From contig NW_027192220.1 in the NCBI RefSeq assembly GCF_041956535.1, positions 185,299 to 249,298 on the forward strand: DNA of 64,000 nt, read 5' to 3'. Shown piece by piece: positions 53,401 to 64,000 of the stretch. The stretch's first letter is position 1. Every line of letters begins with the position of its first letter. The notes below the pieces were generated by a model. The model was given only the letters and a program-made list of their open reading frames with translations, did no database searches and had not been told where the DNA came from. The DNA comes from Calcarisporiella thermophila CBS 279.70 (Eukaryota > Fungi > Calcarisporiellomycota). Made by a program: the position numbers and the translations under genes.

Positions 53401-54183
53401 TGCGTAATCGGAGGTGAATCCGAGGCAAATCTTGCCTGAGCCAACCCAGGCCATCGCACGCACCCTATCTGGCAGTGGCAGCTCCTGACATTCGGATAAG
53501 TGAAGTTTAAACAAGGGTGCGGGCGTTGATGTAAAAGATAGATAAATTATGCGTACCTTGGTGTCTGAAAACTCAGAGTCTTTCCATATGAATATAATGA
53601 GCTTTTTCCGGACTGCTACGAAAAGCCGCGTAATTAACTGAGGAATGCCGTCCGTCTCGCTCATTTCCACGCAAGTATTGAGGCAAAAAATATTAGCACC
53701 ACGAGTTTTCGTCAAATGATTGCGAAGGGTGAGGGTTCGGAGATCGTGAAGACTAATAAGTCCATCTAAAATGTAGATATTAAATAAAAAAATAAATGTT
53801 CCAAAATCGCGGATTAGCATCAAAGGATAGGCCAGAGTATATATATTCCGACCTACCTGACAATGATACTAGAGCATCGATTTCCTTTATGATATCCATT
53901 TGCTCAATAGGGCGCCTGGAGAATGATTTCTTTGTCTCCAAAAGAGTGACCGACACTTCTACATCATCGCCAACGACAAGAGGTTCTTTGACCTCATATA
54001 CATACAGCTGACCGTTGGCAGTACCAACGAGCAGGCGATCGCCTATGAAAAGCAGAGAATGCAAGATCAGCCTAGTTAAAACGTAGCTGGCCAAATAACA
54101 CAATGGCTACCATAGGCAAAGATGGATTCGATCTTCACGGGCAGTTTATCTAGCGCGGTTGATACTTGAAATGCATCGTGCAT
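50482..54183 (-). CDS. VPS39: HOPS subunit Vps39/Vam6 (CNH domain, clathrin repeat, C-terminal zinc finger)
   Basis: MHDAF N-terminus, GDRLLVGTANG, YSYPYLVA, VDTTLLKAYM..LVGPLLRVQNHC and CPQCTKRIGNSAFVVFPNGAVVHYSC. Confidence 0.93.
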
Positions 54184-54597
54184 GGCGACACAGCGTGTGA
54201 GGATGGAGGAGATTGAATGGGCTTAAGCGATGAATGTGAAAGGGGAGAGAGAATACAATCGGATTGGGAATATATGCGCGTGGAGGAGAGCAGGGAAAAT
54301 GTCTAAATCGATGCAAAAATTGTACTATCTGAAATCTAATTAAATGGACGACCATTTGTGCACCACTCTATGCCCACCGTCAAAACCTCTTAAGAGGCTT
54401 CCGTGTAGGTGCATTTTTTAGGGAAAAGTCCAAAGGAAAAAGCCCAATTCCTTCAGACCCTAGGCGGACGATATTGTACAGAAAGAAGACGATGCAATAT
54501 TTATTATATGATTAAGCTATTCTACCCTTAGAAATGCCAGATAGGAGAATGAAGAAATACACATAATGGAACAGAATTATTAAAGGATGGCAAGAAT

Positions 54598-54990
54598 CTA
54601 ATTTCCTCCACGTCCACGTTGACGGAAGCCTCCCCGACGCAAACCCTTCGCCTTTCCTCCAGCCCCGCCAGCACCAGCACCAGCACCAGCGCCGGCTCCA
54701 GCCGCGGCCGCACCAGCCCCTCCTCCAGCAGCTGCCCCTCCCAAATTCTGTCCCACCGCGCCGACCACGTTGGCGGCAATGTTAAGACCCTTAGCCGCGC
54801 CCATGTTGCCAGCGCCTTGGGCTCCAGCGCTGAGACCCTGCTGTACTGCACTTAGGACGTTGGAGGCGATATTTAATCCAAATCGTTTGTCATGGTGTAC
54901 CGTGTTGGCTGCCTCCTGCTGGCTCTCTGCAGAAACGGCCCCCAGTATCATGAAAAGGGCCAGGGAAACAAGGGAGAATTTGGCATGCAT
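54598..54990 (-). CDS. Small secreted prepro-peptide with KR site, two amphipathic repeats and Gly/Ala-rich then Arg/Gly-rich tail
   Basis: MHAKFSLVSLALFMILGAVSA (signal), ESQQEAANTVHHDKR (pro-region), then FGLNIASNVLSAVQQGL...KGLNIAANVVGAVGQNL. TATA-like TTTATAAG about 100 bp upstream. Confidence 0.8.
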   Translation of the reverse strand: MHAKFSLVSLALFMILGAVSAESQQEAANTVHHDKRFGLNIASNVLSAVQQGLSAGAQGAGNMGAAKGLNIAANVVGAVGQNLGGAAAGGGAGAAAAGAGAGAGAGAGGAGGKAKGLRRGGFRQRGRGGN

Positions 54991-57669
54991 GGTAATAGGA
55001 AATGTGGGTTGCAAAGTAGGCTTGGAGAAATGTCAAAGGCTATTTTTTTTTCTTCTCCCAAGCACGTCGGCGGATCCGCCGTGCTTATAAAGGTTGTCGC
55101 CGTGTTGCATCCGGGCTCCATCTTTTTTTGAAAAAAAAAGCTACCCGCATCTATGTGAGAGAGGGATATTGATTTTAGGTGACGTTTTTCCCGCTTTCCC
55201 GGATTTCACAGTTCGGATTTACGACGAGTTATTTGAAAAAGGGAAATTATAAGCAAGGATAGCGGTGCGATACATGCGGCCGTGTGTAATGGGTGCCAAT
55301 TTGCCGTGGAGAGGGTTGGATTGATGGTTGCCTTCCCAATTCGGCTCCTTAAGCAGAAACCTGTGGGCCTTATTAGTCATAGCCTTTAGGCGGAATGCTG
55401 CGGGTAATCCTAATTGCGATAAATGGAACACGGATTTTTTGTTTTGTTCGGATTCTTGTGCTGAAGGAGATTTCAGGTGGGTTAAGATCCCTGATTTTGC
55501 GAGCTCACCCAGCCTGTTAAGCTACACGAGGCGGTCTCTTCCACTGAGCCGCGATCAAAGTATATCTTGTAAAACAAGTTCTCGTAATAATGCGGCCACA
55601 GGGGACCCCTCAGCATCCGCCCGGTCAACATAACGCGGATAATATCATATTTAGTTCAGATTGAAGTGATCAAGCTAATATTCAGATTCAATAGGTGCCG
55701 TTTAGCTAACAGGGCGGAGGTTACCCCATCTCACTAAGCACATTCACACCAGTGACACTGGTGAAATAAAGCAAAAAGGGTGGTCTTCTGCCTAAGAGGT
55801 TTGAAAGGAATTCAGCATAGAGGGAACTCGGTCGACCAGCTATACGCTTGGCCATCACTATTAGATGGCAAAACCTCTTGCAACCAGACTCATAAATCCC
55901 ATTGCCTGCTTGATGTTTAGGCAAGCAGATATGGGAGCAAAAAGGTAGCTTTTAACTAGGCCTATAGAGTTTATAAGGAGCCTTAGAAAAAACATACAAT
56001 AAAGGCCTTGGGGCTTTTCTCCTCGAAACACTTTATGGTGAACCATGCGGTTCAGAGGACTATAGTCTCCCCTCTAGTCACTTGACCTTAAGGGTTGTCG
56101 CAGTTTGAGAGAGTTGGTTTCCTCACAGGAATACTTGTCTTTATCTTGATGAGGGAGCAGAAAGTGTTGTCCTCATCTCCTCCCCCCAAAATGGCCTACC
56201 CACTCTGGTACACTGCATTGCTTAGGCGATGTCGGAAAAGAACCCACTTTGAGCCACGCTGCGTCTTCATTCAGTTGGGTGTTTATACAGAGTGTGAACA
56301 TAGGGTAGGACAATCTTAGCCGGCAGAGAACGATGTTCGCTCTGTCGTCCATTGAACTACAAAGGCTGAATAAGTAAATCAGGAGGTGAATCGAACCCGG
56401 GCCCAACCTGGTCAGTGTTCCTGGTGCAATGATTTTCCCAAATTTCACCTGATAAACTGGGAGCCTATTTTGATCCCAGCACTAAGATGAGGTACATTGG
56501 ATGGCGGTGGCACTATTTCTACAGGTATGACTAGGTAGAGCCGACGCGCACCAAAGTAACTTGAGGATGATCGGGGGGACTAAAGTGTTCCAACTAAAGT
56601 GCTCAATTTGCTTCGCCAGAGTAGGTTAAAACGGGATAAGGTAAGTGGCCGTACCGTGCTTAGCCCGTACGGCGCCATGATCATAGGATCATTTAGTCAT
56701 CATTTATGTGGTGATGCTTGGTTCAATGGGTGTGTTCAGCCATCTTCATTAAGGCTCAATCTCCCCCCTTCAAGTACTAGTCCATTTAGGTTGTAGAGGG
56801 TGTATACCTCAATCCGTCGATTCAACTCTATTTAATAAACTCAAACTTAGCATTCGGAGCCCCTGGCCTACCATGCAAAAATAGGTTTACTTTTGCAGCG
56901 AGTGCTCTATTACATTTAGTATATCACCACAAGGCGATGGAGCGACCGCTTGATTTAATGGCAAACCATAGGCCTACAGGGTTGGTTCAGGGATGAGGAG
57001 ATTTCAGATTTATAAGAAAAAGGAAATTAAAATTTAAAGCTGGGGGGTCGGAGTATACCGGAGGGGGGATTATTAGGCGTCGGTTGGAATGGTTTGTTTT
57101 TTCAAGCGTACAACTGCGTTCACTTCGCATCTTCGAATTCATACGGCGGTAAAATGGGCAAACCGTAGAGGTCGAGTGTTTTGAGGCGTTATTATTTTAC
57201 TCTTTCTATATCCAACCGACCCTTCCCCTCCTCCTCCTATTCCCCCCTCCCCCCTAACCCAAGAGGTATCCCAGGCACGCATTGATCTCTATCAAGAGAA
57301 GCGGGATACCATCGATTTCAGGGACCAGCGGGGTTTGCAGGATTTACCACGTTGGCCAAAGTCGTGTAGGCCATGAGGTTTCGTGAGTGGCTAAAAACCT
57401 AGAATACGGCTGGTTATGTAATGGCCATGCATTTAGAGCGATTTTGTGCAAGCATCGTCTATTGTTTGTATTCCACTCGAAGGTCCCAATGCCTTGGCTA
57501 CTAGGTGTGGCCAAAAACCACACCAAGATTGGGCTAGCCGGAATTCGAAAACCGGGTGAGCCATTCAGATATAAGGCGGTTGATCTCTCGAAGCTCTCTC
57601 TTCATATAGCAACCCTCTTGGCTCATTGGATTGTGGCTCCCCTTCCTTCACTTTCTCCCTACTCCCCCC

Positions 57670-59062
57670 ATGCGTGTTATCCCGCTTTTTCTCTTCTCTC
57701 TGGTCGTTCTATCCAACCACGCCGATGCGTGGGGTGCGGAGGGTTTGTATCCGTCGTCTTTAATCACAATGCCGTTTATAAACCCCAGGCAAACCAACCC
57801 TGGACTATTCTATAGGCCACACTGCCGTTGGCAAAGTAGCTCAAAAGTACCTCTCCTCCAAGGCGGCTTCTGCGGTTCGTGAAATTCTTCGTGAAGACGG
57901 AAAGTCGACGTTAGACGAGTGAGCTATCATTCTATTCGGCTGACTACACTGAAAGCATACTAATATAGAGTCTATAGGGTCGCAAGCTGGGCAGGTAATG
58001 GTTTACTCTGGGGGGAAGTGGGCTCCTGATCCGAACCTTTGTCCTTCAATCCCCCCTCCCTCCCCCGCTCTGCCCCCTCCTCCCCCTGCTTGGAGTCTCA
58101 CCCGTTTCCTATGTCTATGTAGATCAAGTGAAGAGAAAGCTCAAATGGAGCTCTCCTCTACACTACTATGACCCCCCCAACGACAATCCCCCGGAGGCCT
58201 GCACTTTCGGTTGGAAGTCGGGTGGATCGGATGTGGTCAATGCCATTTACAACTATACCACTCGGCTCGAGCAAACGCAGGGCGCCCAGCGCTCGGAGGC
58301 GCTCAAGTTTCTCGTTCACTTCATGGGCGACTCTCACCAGCCGCTTCACAGTATGCTGTTTCATTACCTCATCGAAGCCGTCCCACGCCTAACCCATTTT
58401 GTCTCTCTTGGATAGTCTGCGGGAAGCTGAAAGGAGGCAACGATGCGCCTGGTAACTTGCCAGTGTCTTCTCGGCATAGCTACATTCCATCACTAATCTA
58501 TCTCGGTTACGCATAGCTACCTTTGAAGGTTCCAAGACCAACCTTCATTCGGTGTGGGACAGCGGCATCATCAAGGTAGTACCGAAGCCTCTTTCATAGG
58601 TCGTCATTTAGCTTATGTTGTCTATCATAACCATTTCTCCAGAAACTTGACCAGGAGATTGAGACATCGCTCTCCGACCACGTGCTCAACCTCATCGACA
58701 CCCGCTGGAAAAATGAGGCCCAATCGTGGCCATCTTGTTCGTCTTCCTCAACTAGATCCGCCACTCCAGCCCGCAACAAGACCGAGCGCAGAAAATCTCG
58801 CAGGCTCTCCCGACGAGACGATCACAAGAGTTCCCAAAATTCCGATGGTGAATCGGCCAGCGAGGCTCCCTCCGTTTGCCCTGACCAGTGGTCTCGCCCC
58901 GTGGGCCAACTGAACTGCGATCTGGTATGGAAATACTACTCTGAGAATGAGGATTTGAGCGAAGAGTATTATAAGCGGGTTCGGGATGGGCTTGTGGTGG
59001 AGAATTCCATAGCGCGAGCTGGCGTGCGCCTTGCTTCTGTCATTAATTCTGTTTTGGGTTAA
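57670..59062 (+). CDS. Secreted S1/P1 nuclease
   Basis: Signal peptide then WGAEGH, VASWAD (17-nt microexon 57978-57994), SSPLHY, ALKFLVHFMGDSHQPLH, GGN, NLHSVWDS and RAGVRLA. Confidence 0.94.
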
Positions 59063-59424
59063 TGGATGACTTTGTTTTTATTGGTATTTCTACACGCTTC
59101 ATAACAAAAACTCAATAAACAGAATCTTGTTATTATTTAAGTCGCACCTTCAAAACCAATAAAAAGATAGACAAACTTGTATTCGGCTCTGCCTCAACCT
59201 AGATCTTAGTCACCTTGTGGGCTCCCCTCTCTGCCTCGTGTACCACTTCAATCGCTTCACTGTTTTAGGTGTATGAATATATTAGAAAATAAAACTATCG
59301 TATTTGGTCGTTACAAAAAAAAAAAAAATTAGACAGACATTTTTTTCTATTTTCTCCACGATATTAAGAAAATAGGAACTGATTAAATAAGGCTTACTAT
59401 ATAATAACATGACGGGTTATTTGG

Positions 59425-59453
59425 GAGAAGCAGAAGCAGAAGCAGAAGCAGAA
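59425..59453. repeat. (AGAAGC)n hexanucleotide microsatellite
   Basis: About 4.5 tandem units in the intergenic/3'UTR region. Confidence 0.85.
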
Positions 59454-59550
59454 GAAGGAGGAGAAGTCGACGAAAACAAGAAGAAGAGTAAATAAGTGTA
59501 AAAGCATAACACTAAAAATTCAAAAGGATAATCCATAGAAGACCCAACGA

Positions 59551-61516
59551 CTACAATGCAATCACGTCTTCAATTCCAACCCGCTCGACTTTTTCGGCCT
59601 CCTGGGGCTCCTCCTTCGGAATATCCTCGGGACGAACCTCGGGGTTGATGGCAAAGGAGCCCTTGGGGATGAAGGTCGAAGCGAACATAAGCACCATAGC
59701 GACGATGGAGATGCCCACACCGACGACATAGAAGAAACCAAGTCTGATATTTCCCTGGTTCTTGTAATAGTCGAATACCATACCCATCAAAACTACAGAT
59801 GCGAAGAAGATCAGCACTTGGTCAAGGCAAAAGGTCAAAAGCGAAGTAGGCGGGTGCTTACCATTGTAGACGGTATAGACGACTAGGTAGGTGGAGTAGA
59901 GGAAGGCCATCACCGCTCCAAGAGGAGAGACAGAGTCATCCCCCACGTGGCCAGAGATCTGGGTCTGAATATAGGCGGCAAGGCTGACATCACCAGCAGC
60001 CCAACCTCCCGAGAGGAGAATCATGAGAGGAATCGCGGCACACACGAACGTCACCGGGGAATCTACAAGGAGGGGGAGAGGAAGGGATAGGTTTGGATTA
60101 GGGTGAGGCCCAGAGCTTTTTCGGGTCTAAACAGAGATCGATCACTCACCAGTATACAGGAAGGGGAAAATCCAGAGGGTGGAAAGCATGATGGCATCGA
60201 GACGAACCCAGGGAAGAGGGGTGCGGATCTGGGCGGAGAAGAGCAAGACGGAAAGGGCACCGAGCAGCTCTCCGAAGTTGGACGATCCGAGAAGCACTCC
60301 AGAAAGGGCACCCTGGTTAAGGACATTCTTGGCAAATGTAGGGAAGATGGTACTCTCAATGAAACGGTGCAACACTAAAGGAATGGCGTAACCAGGAATA
60401 AGCCAAATAAAGCGGCGGCTTGAGAACACGATCTTGGCACCCAGGTAGGCCGAATGGAAGTAGAGGGTGAAGAACCGGATGACGCTGAGTTTGGGTCGAC
60501 TGGTCTGCTCCAGGGTGCCAATCTTATCGGCGGTGAGGCGGATCTGCCACCACAGGACACTGAAGAAGCCAAAGAAAGGAGGTTAGCATTGATCCAACCC
60601 TAGACGAGCCAAACGAAGGGGAGAGGAAGGGGGGGGGGGGGGGAGGGAGCACTTACCCAGCAATGGGCATGAGCACAGCGAGGATAGCCAGGGGATAGCC
60701 GAAGCCAATGGCCTGCATGATGGGGGTGGAGACGAAGGCCCCGATGGTTCCGGCAATTTCATACCAAATGTGCACCAGGGCATCCATCTTTCGCAGCTTC
60801 TCGGGGTTGCCGCCCATGATATCTCGAGGAATGACACGTCTCAGGAGCTCCACCACACCCAGGCAGGCCCCCATGGGCAAGTAGAAGGCGAAAAGCAGCC
60901 AAGGGGTCCAGGTTCCTAGGACATTAGCCTGACCGCCGGTCGCCGCCTCGAGAATGACCATGATGAGGGCAAGGAGACCAAAGCCAAACATAGAGAACTA
61001 AACAACAAGAGCGTAGCAAAAGCGTTAGTCAATTGTTGGACAACAAGGTGTAGAAGCCTCAGTGAACGCAAGGGCGACGATACTTACGGCCAACAGACGG
61101 TTGGTTGGGACGTACTGGATGATTTGGGCACCGGCAATGGAGGCGAGAATTTGGGCCAAGTTGAAACTGGCCGTCAACACCTGATTCATGGTGATAGAGA
61201 TTCCCTTAGGGAATTTGGATTGGGCTTGGTTGGAGATACAGTTGTTGAGGAATTCGAACGCGAATTTGAAGAACATGATGCCTGCAGTGTAGATAATCAG
61301 GTTGCGCCGCTCCACCGTATCAAATCTGACCGTGAGGCGGTTGGAGAATATTCTGCTGATGAAGCCTTGCTGTGCGGTCGCGGCGTCAGCGGTGGATCCA
61401 TAAGCGCCCTCGACGTTCTGAGCCTTTGCACCATTCACCGCATTCCCCCCATTGCCGTAGGCCACGGCCTCTCTCTCTGCGCCATTGTCTGCTTTCTCTT
61501 GAATCTTTTCTGACAT
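59551..61516 (-). CDS. Multi-pass membrane protein, MFS-like conserved fungal family
   Basis: About 12 hydrophobic segments over several exons; motifs ERRNLIIY, VELLRRVIPRDIMGG..KLRKMDALVHIWYE, GSSNFGELLGA and GWAAGDVSLAAYIQ. Confidence 0.82.
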
Positions 61517-64000
61517 GGTGGGTGTGAGTGTGGGGAGGGGGAGAGGGATCTAAGGATAAGGCGATGGGGAGGGGGAGAGGGAGGAAGAGACGAGGTTATA
61601 GAACCTGACACAGAGAAAGAAAGAAGACTGGCAGGGCAAGACGGCAGTTGGGCGAATTGCATTTTTATAATTTTTTGAGTTGAAAGCCTACCGGGAAGTT
61701 GCTTGTACACGTGCCCAAAGGATTCGATATTAAGGAGTGACGGCGACCGTTTTACGTGTTTTTGTGCCAAATGCAGTCACACACATACCCATGTGCCCTG
61801 GAGAGACGACCTAAATGGCGACCACCGCTGTAAGAGTTTGTGGTAAAATTGCGGAGGGATTGCGGCTTGTAAACGAACTTGGGGCCCAACCTATCACCGG
61901 CGCGTGCTGCCTTGCATAGCGGCTTGCTTGAGGCGGCGCGCAGGGGAAAGCCGGGCCCAGTCGCCTCCATTAACCTTGTGCAAACCCACGGCGCCAGATC
62001 GGGAGGGCCTGCGTCCCCATACGCCTAGCAGACCTTAGCCGCTCGACCGCGTCGGCTGCGCTGCAAAACCGGCGACCCACGCTGGTCGCGCCGCGATTCG
62101 GAATGCGGCCCCGCCCGGTGCTCCTCTCCAGCAATCACAAGGATGGCGGAAGCGAACCTAGAACGCTTGCGCTTGGCTGGCAATATTGCCGTGCAATCCA
62201 ACTCAGCGTGGCCGCTTCCAGGTTAAGGTTTAATTTTCCCATCCAGGGAGGGGGAAGAGGGCTAAGATCCAAGGGTGATTCAATTCCGATGAAGATCTTC
62301 TCGTCGGAGTTGCGCCGCATTTTCTCGCGTGGGCAAATTGGAGCTCGGATTGCCCCCACGTTGCCGCCCAGATTGTCCCACCGTGGAGCATCCTGCCATG
62401 GAAACCCTCGCGGCCAATCCCACGCCGCCTCAAGCAGGCGCCTAGGCGCGGGCCCACCAGCCAGTGCTCCATGCGCGCCTTATGCGGCAGTGAATGGGAG
62501 CGTGGGGGGAGGCGCAGCGTAGAAGCTTGGGCCTGCATGAGGCAAAACAAGCCCTCTCCGTTCTCCCCTCTTACGCAGCTTTTCACATGCAGAACCAATT
62601 CAAACACGGCGGGCAAAAGAGCCCCCCCCGGCCTGGTTGGCCGCGCTTGGATCTTGCGTGAGCAAACTTCTTTATTCAAGGGAACGGGCTAACCGTACAA
62701 ACTCTTAACCCTAACAGGGAATCAAGGAGCTAGCCAGTGGCGCCACCCGCCATTCCAAAAGTAACTCCAAGCAGGCATCCAGTAGGGCGGTCGGGCAGCT
62801 GGCAACAGCCACCCTAGTGGTCTCGCTGCATTCCTTGACAGCTGGGAAACAAGGTCGATAGCACGGAGAATTAAGGGACGCGTGGAGTCGATGTGTCCTC
62901 GAGCGCACAAGCATAGGGCGGCGCGGGCTCGAGGCATGCGTCGAGTCTCGCAGGTGGACCGCTCGCAGTGGCCGATTCGACTACGGAGCAGAAAGCGATC
63001 GCATGGAACGCCGCTACATCGGCCTGAACCAATCCTTGTTGCCAGACGGTACAATACCAAACGGCACAAGAATTTACCCGTCCAGCTCTTGGGCTACATG
63101 ATACGAAGAGGCCATGGTAAAGCCGTTCTATATAGAGATGGGCGGCCGATGAAACTCTTGTTTGCTTGCTCGATTTGGTTGTTTGAGCGATGCTCCAAGC
63201 TCCGAATTCAGCCAGGCGTGCAACTGGAAAGAATTCTCCGGTTGGATTTGCATCTGCCAAGTCGCGGCTGACACGCCAAAGCTAGGACACAAAGCCGACG
63301 TGACGCCATTACGGCAAAGGTAAAAGAACCAAGGCATCAGCTGGGTCTTGCCAATTCCCCCAGAGTCCGCAGAGGGCCCGACGGCCCGAACTATGCGCAT
63401 CGGCCTCACCCTGACCACAAGAAGCTCAGCAGACTGGAGGGTATGGGAAAGACTCAGCTGATGCTTCGATGCTACTACATTCGGCGCAACCCACACGACT
63501 TTGGGTTCTAGCGCGGGATGGGAGGCTGCCTTGCGGCACAGGACCCATTTGCTAGGTTGCTTTACATCAGGCCTCTCATGAGGATACTGTTGGCACAGAG
63601 CCATGGGTTAACCTCGGTCGGAGGCATGTCAAAGCCTTCTGCACCGCATTGGCACGATCTGTGGTTTCTCCCGGTACACTCCACCCCTTCGTGGCTTTAT
63701 TGAACGTCGAGCTTTTCTAACAAGCCACCTGCCTTGACGTGTTGACACCAAGTAGTTTCCAGTCCCCTCCTCCCTCGATTTATCTAGTCAATGACGGATC
63801 TCTTCATCACTGGTAACGCTTTCCATACTTGTGCGATCATGGACACATATCTTCCACGCATCCATTATTTCGTCGAACTTCCCCACGACAACAGTCAAGT
63901 GTTGCCATCCAATTCCTGGTTGTTATCTGAAGCGGAGATATCGCGTCGCGACTCTCCCTGAGAAAGCCTCCCCCTCCTTCCCCCGATACTCCCTGCGTGA

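Noticed and set aside
56375-56460. tRNA-like T-loop (GGTTCGATTC) on the minus strand
   Set aside because: The T-stem does not pair (CCGGG versus CACCT), and no acceptor stem or D-arm can be built.
62704-62714. TTAACCCTAAC telomere-like motif
   Set aside because: Fewer than two full units, consistent with chance.

Overview
This is eukaryotic, intron-rich fungal genomic DNA with mostly short GT-AG introns. A U12-type AT-AC intron points to an early-diverging (non-Dikarya) fungus. Bases 1-5.6 kb are a degenerate repeat zone holding a broken Sola-like DDE transposase, an intron-retaining and internally deleted MSH6 fragment, and two back-to-back perfect palindromes. Most of the rest is a gene-dense block: importin-9/KAP114, a PhyH dioxygenase, a class IV chitin synthase, SMP3/PIG-Z, RAS, a PX+PB1-like protein, three tandem MDR quinone reductases (one frameshifted), UBC7, LPD1, a TALE homeobox gene, a VIP36-like lectin, an OFA-family MFS transporter, DAP1, VPS39, an S1/P1 nuclease and a second MFS-like protein. 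Four observations stand out. (1) An AT-rich island (about 31.6-36.4 kb) carries an intact, intronless, secreted Streptomyces-type chaplin beside a Gypsy remnant and an orphan secreted protein, suggesting a horizontally acquired bacterial amyloid surface protein. (2) Importin-9 has a minor-spliceosome AT-AC intron. (3) A 79-aa two-exon gene missing from the ORF track resembles a stand-alone copy of the metazoan ArgRS leucine zipper. (4) A predicted Kex2-processed precursor carries two amphipathic repeats and a Gly/Ala-rich tail. All family assignments come from motif recognition and recalled sequences; no database searches were run.
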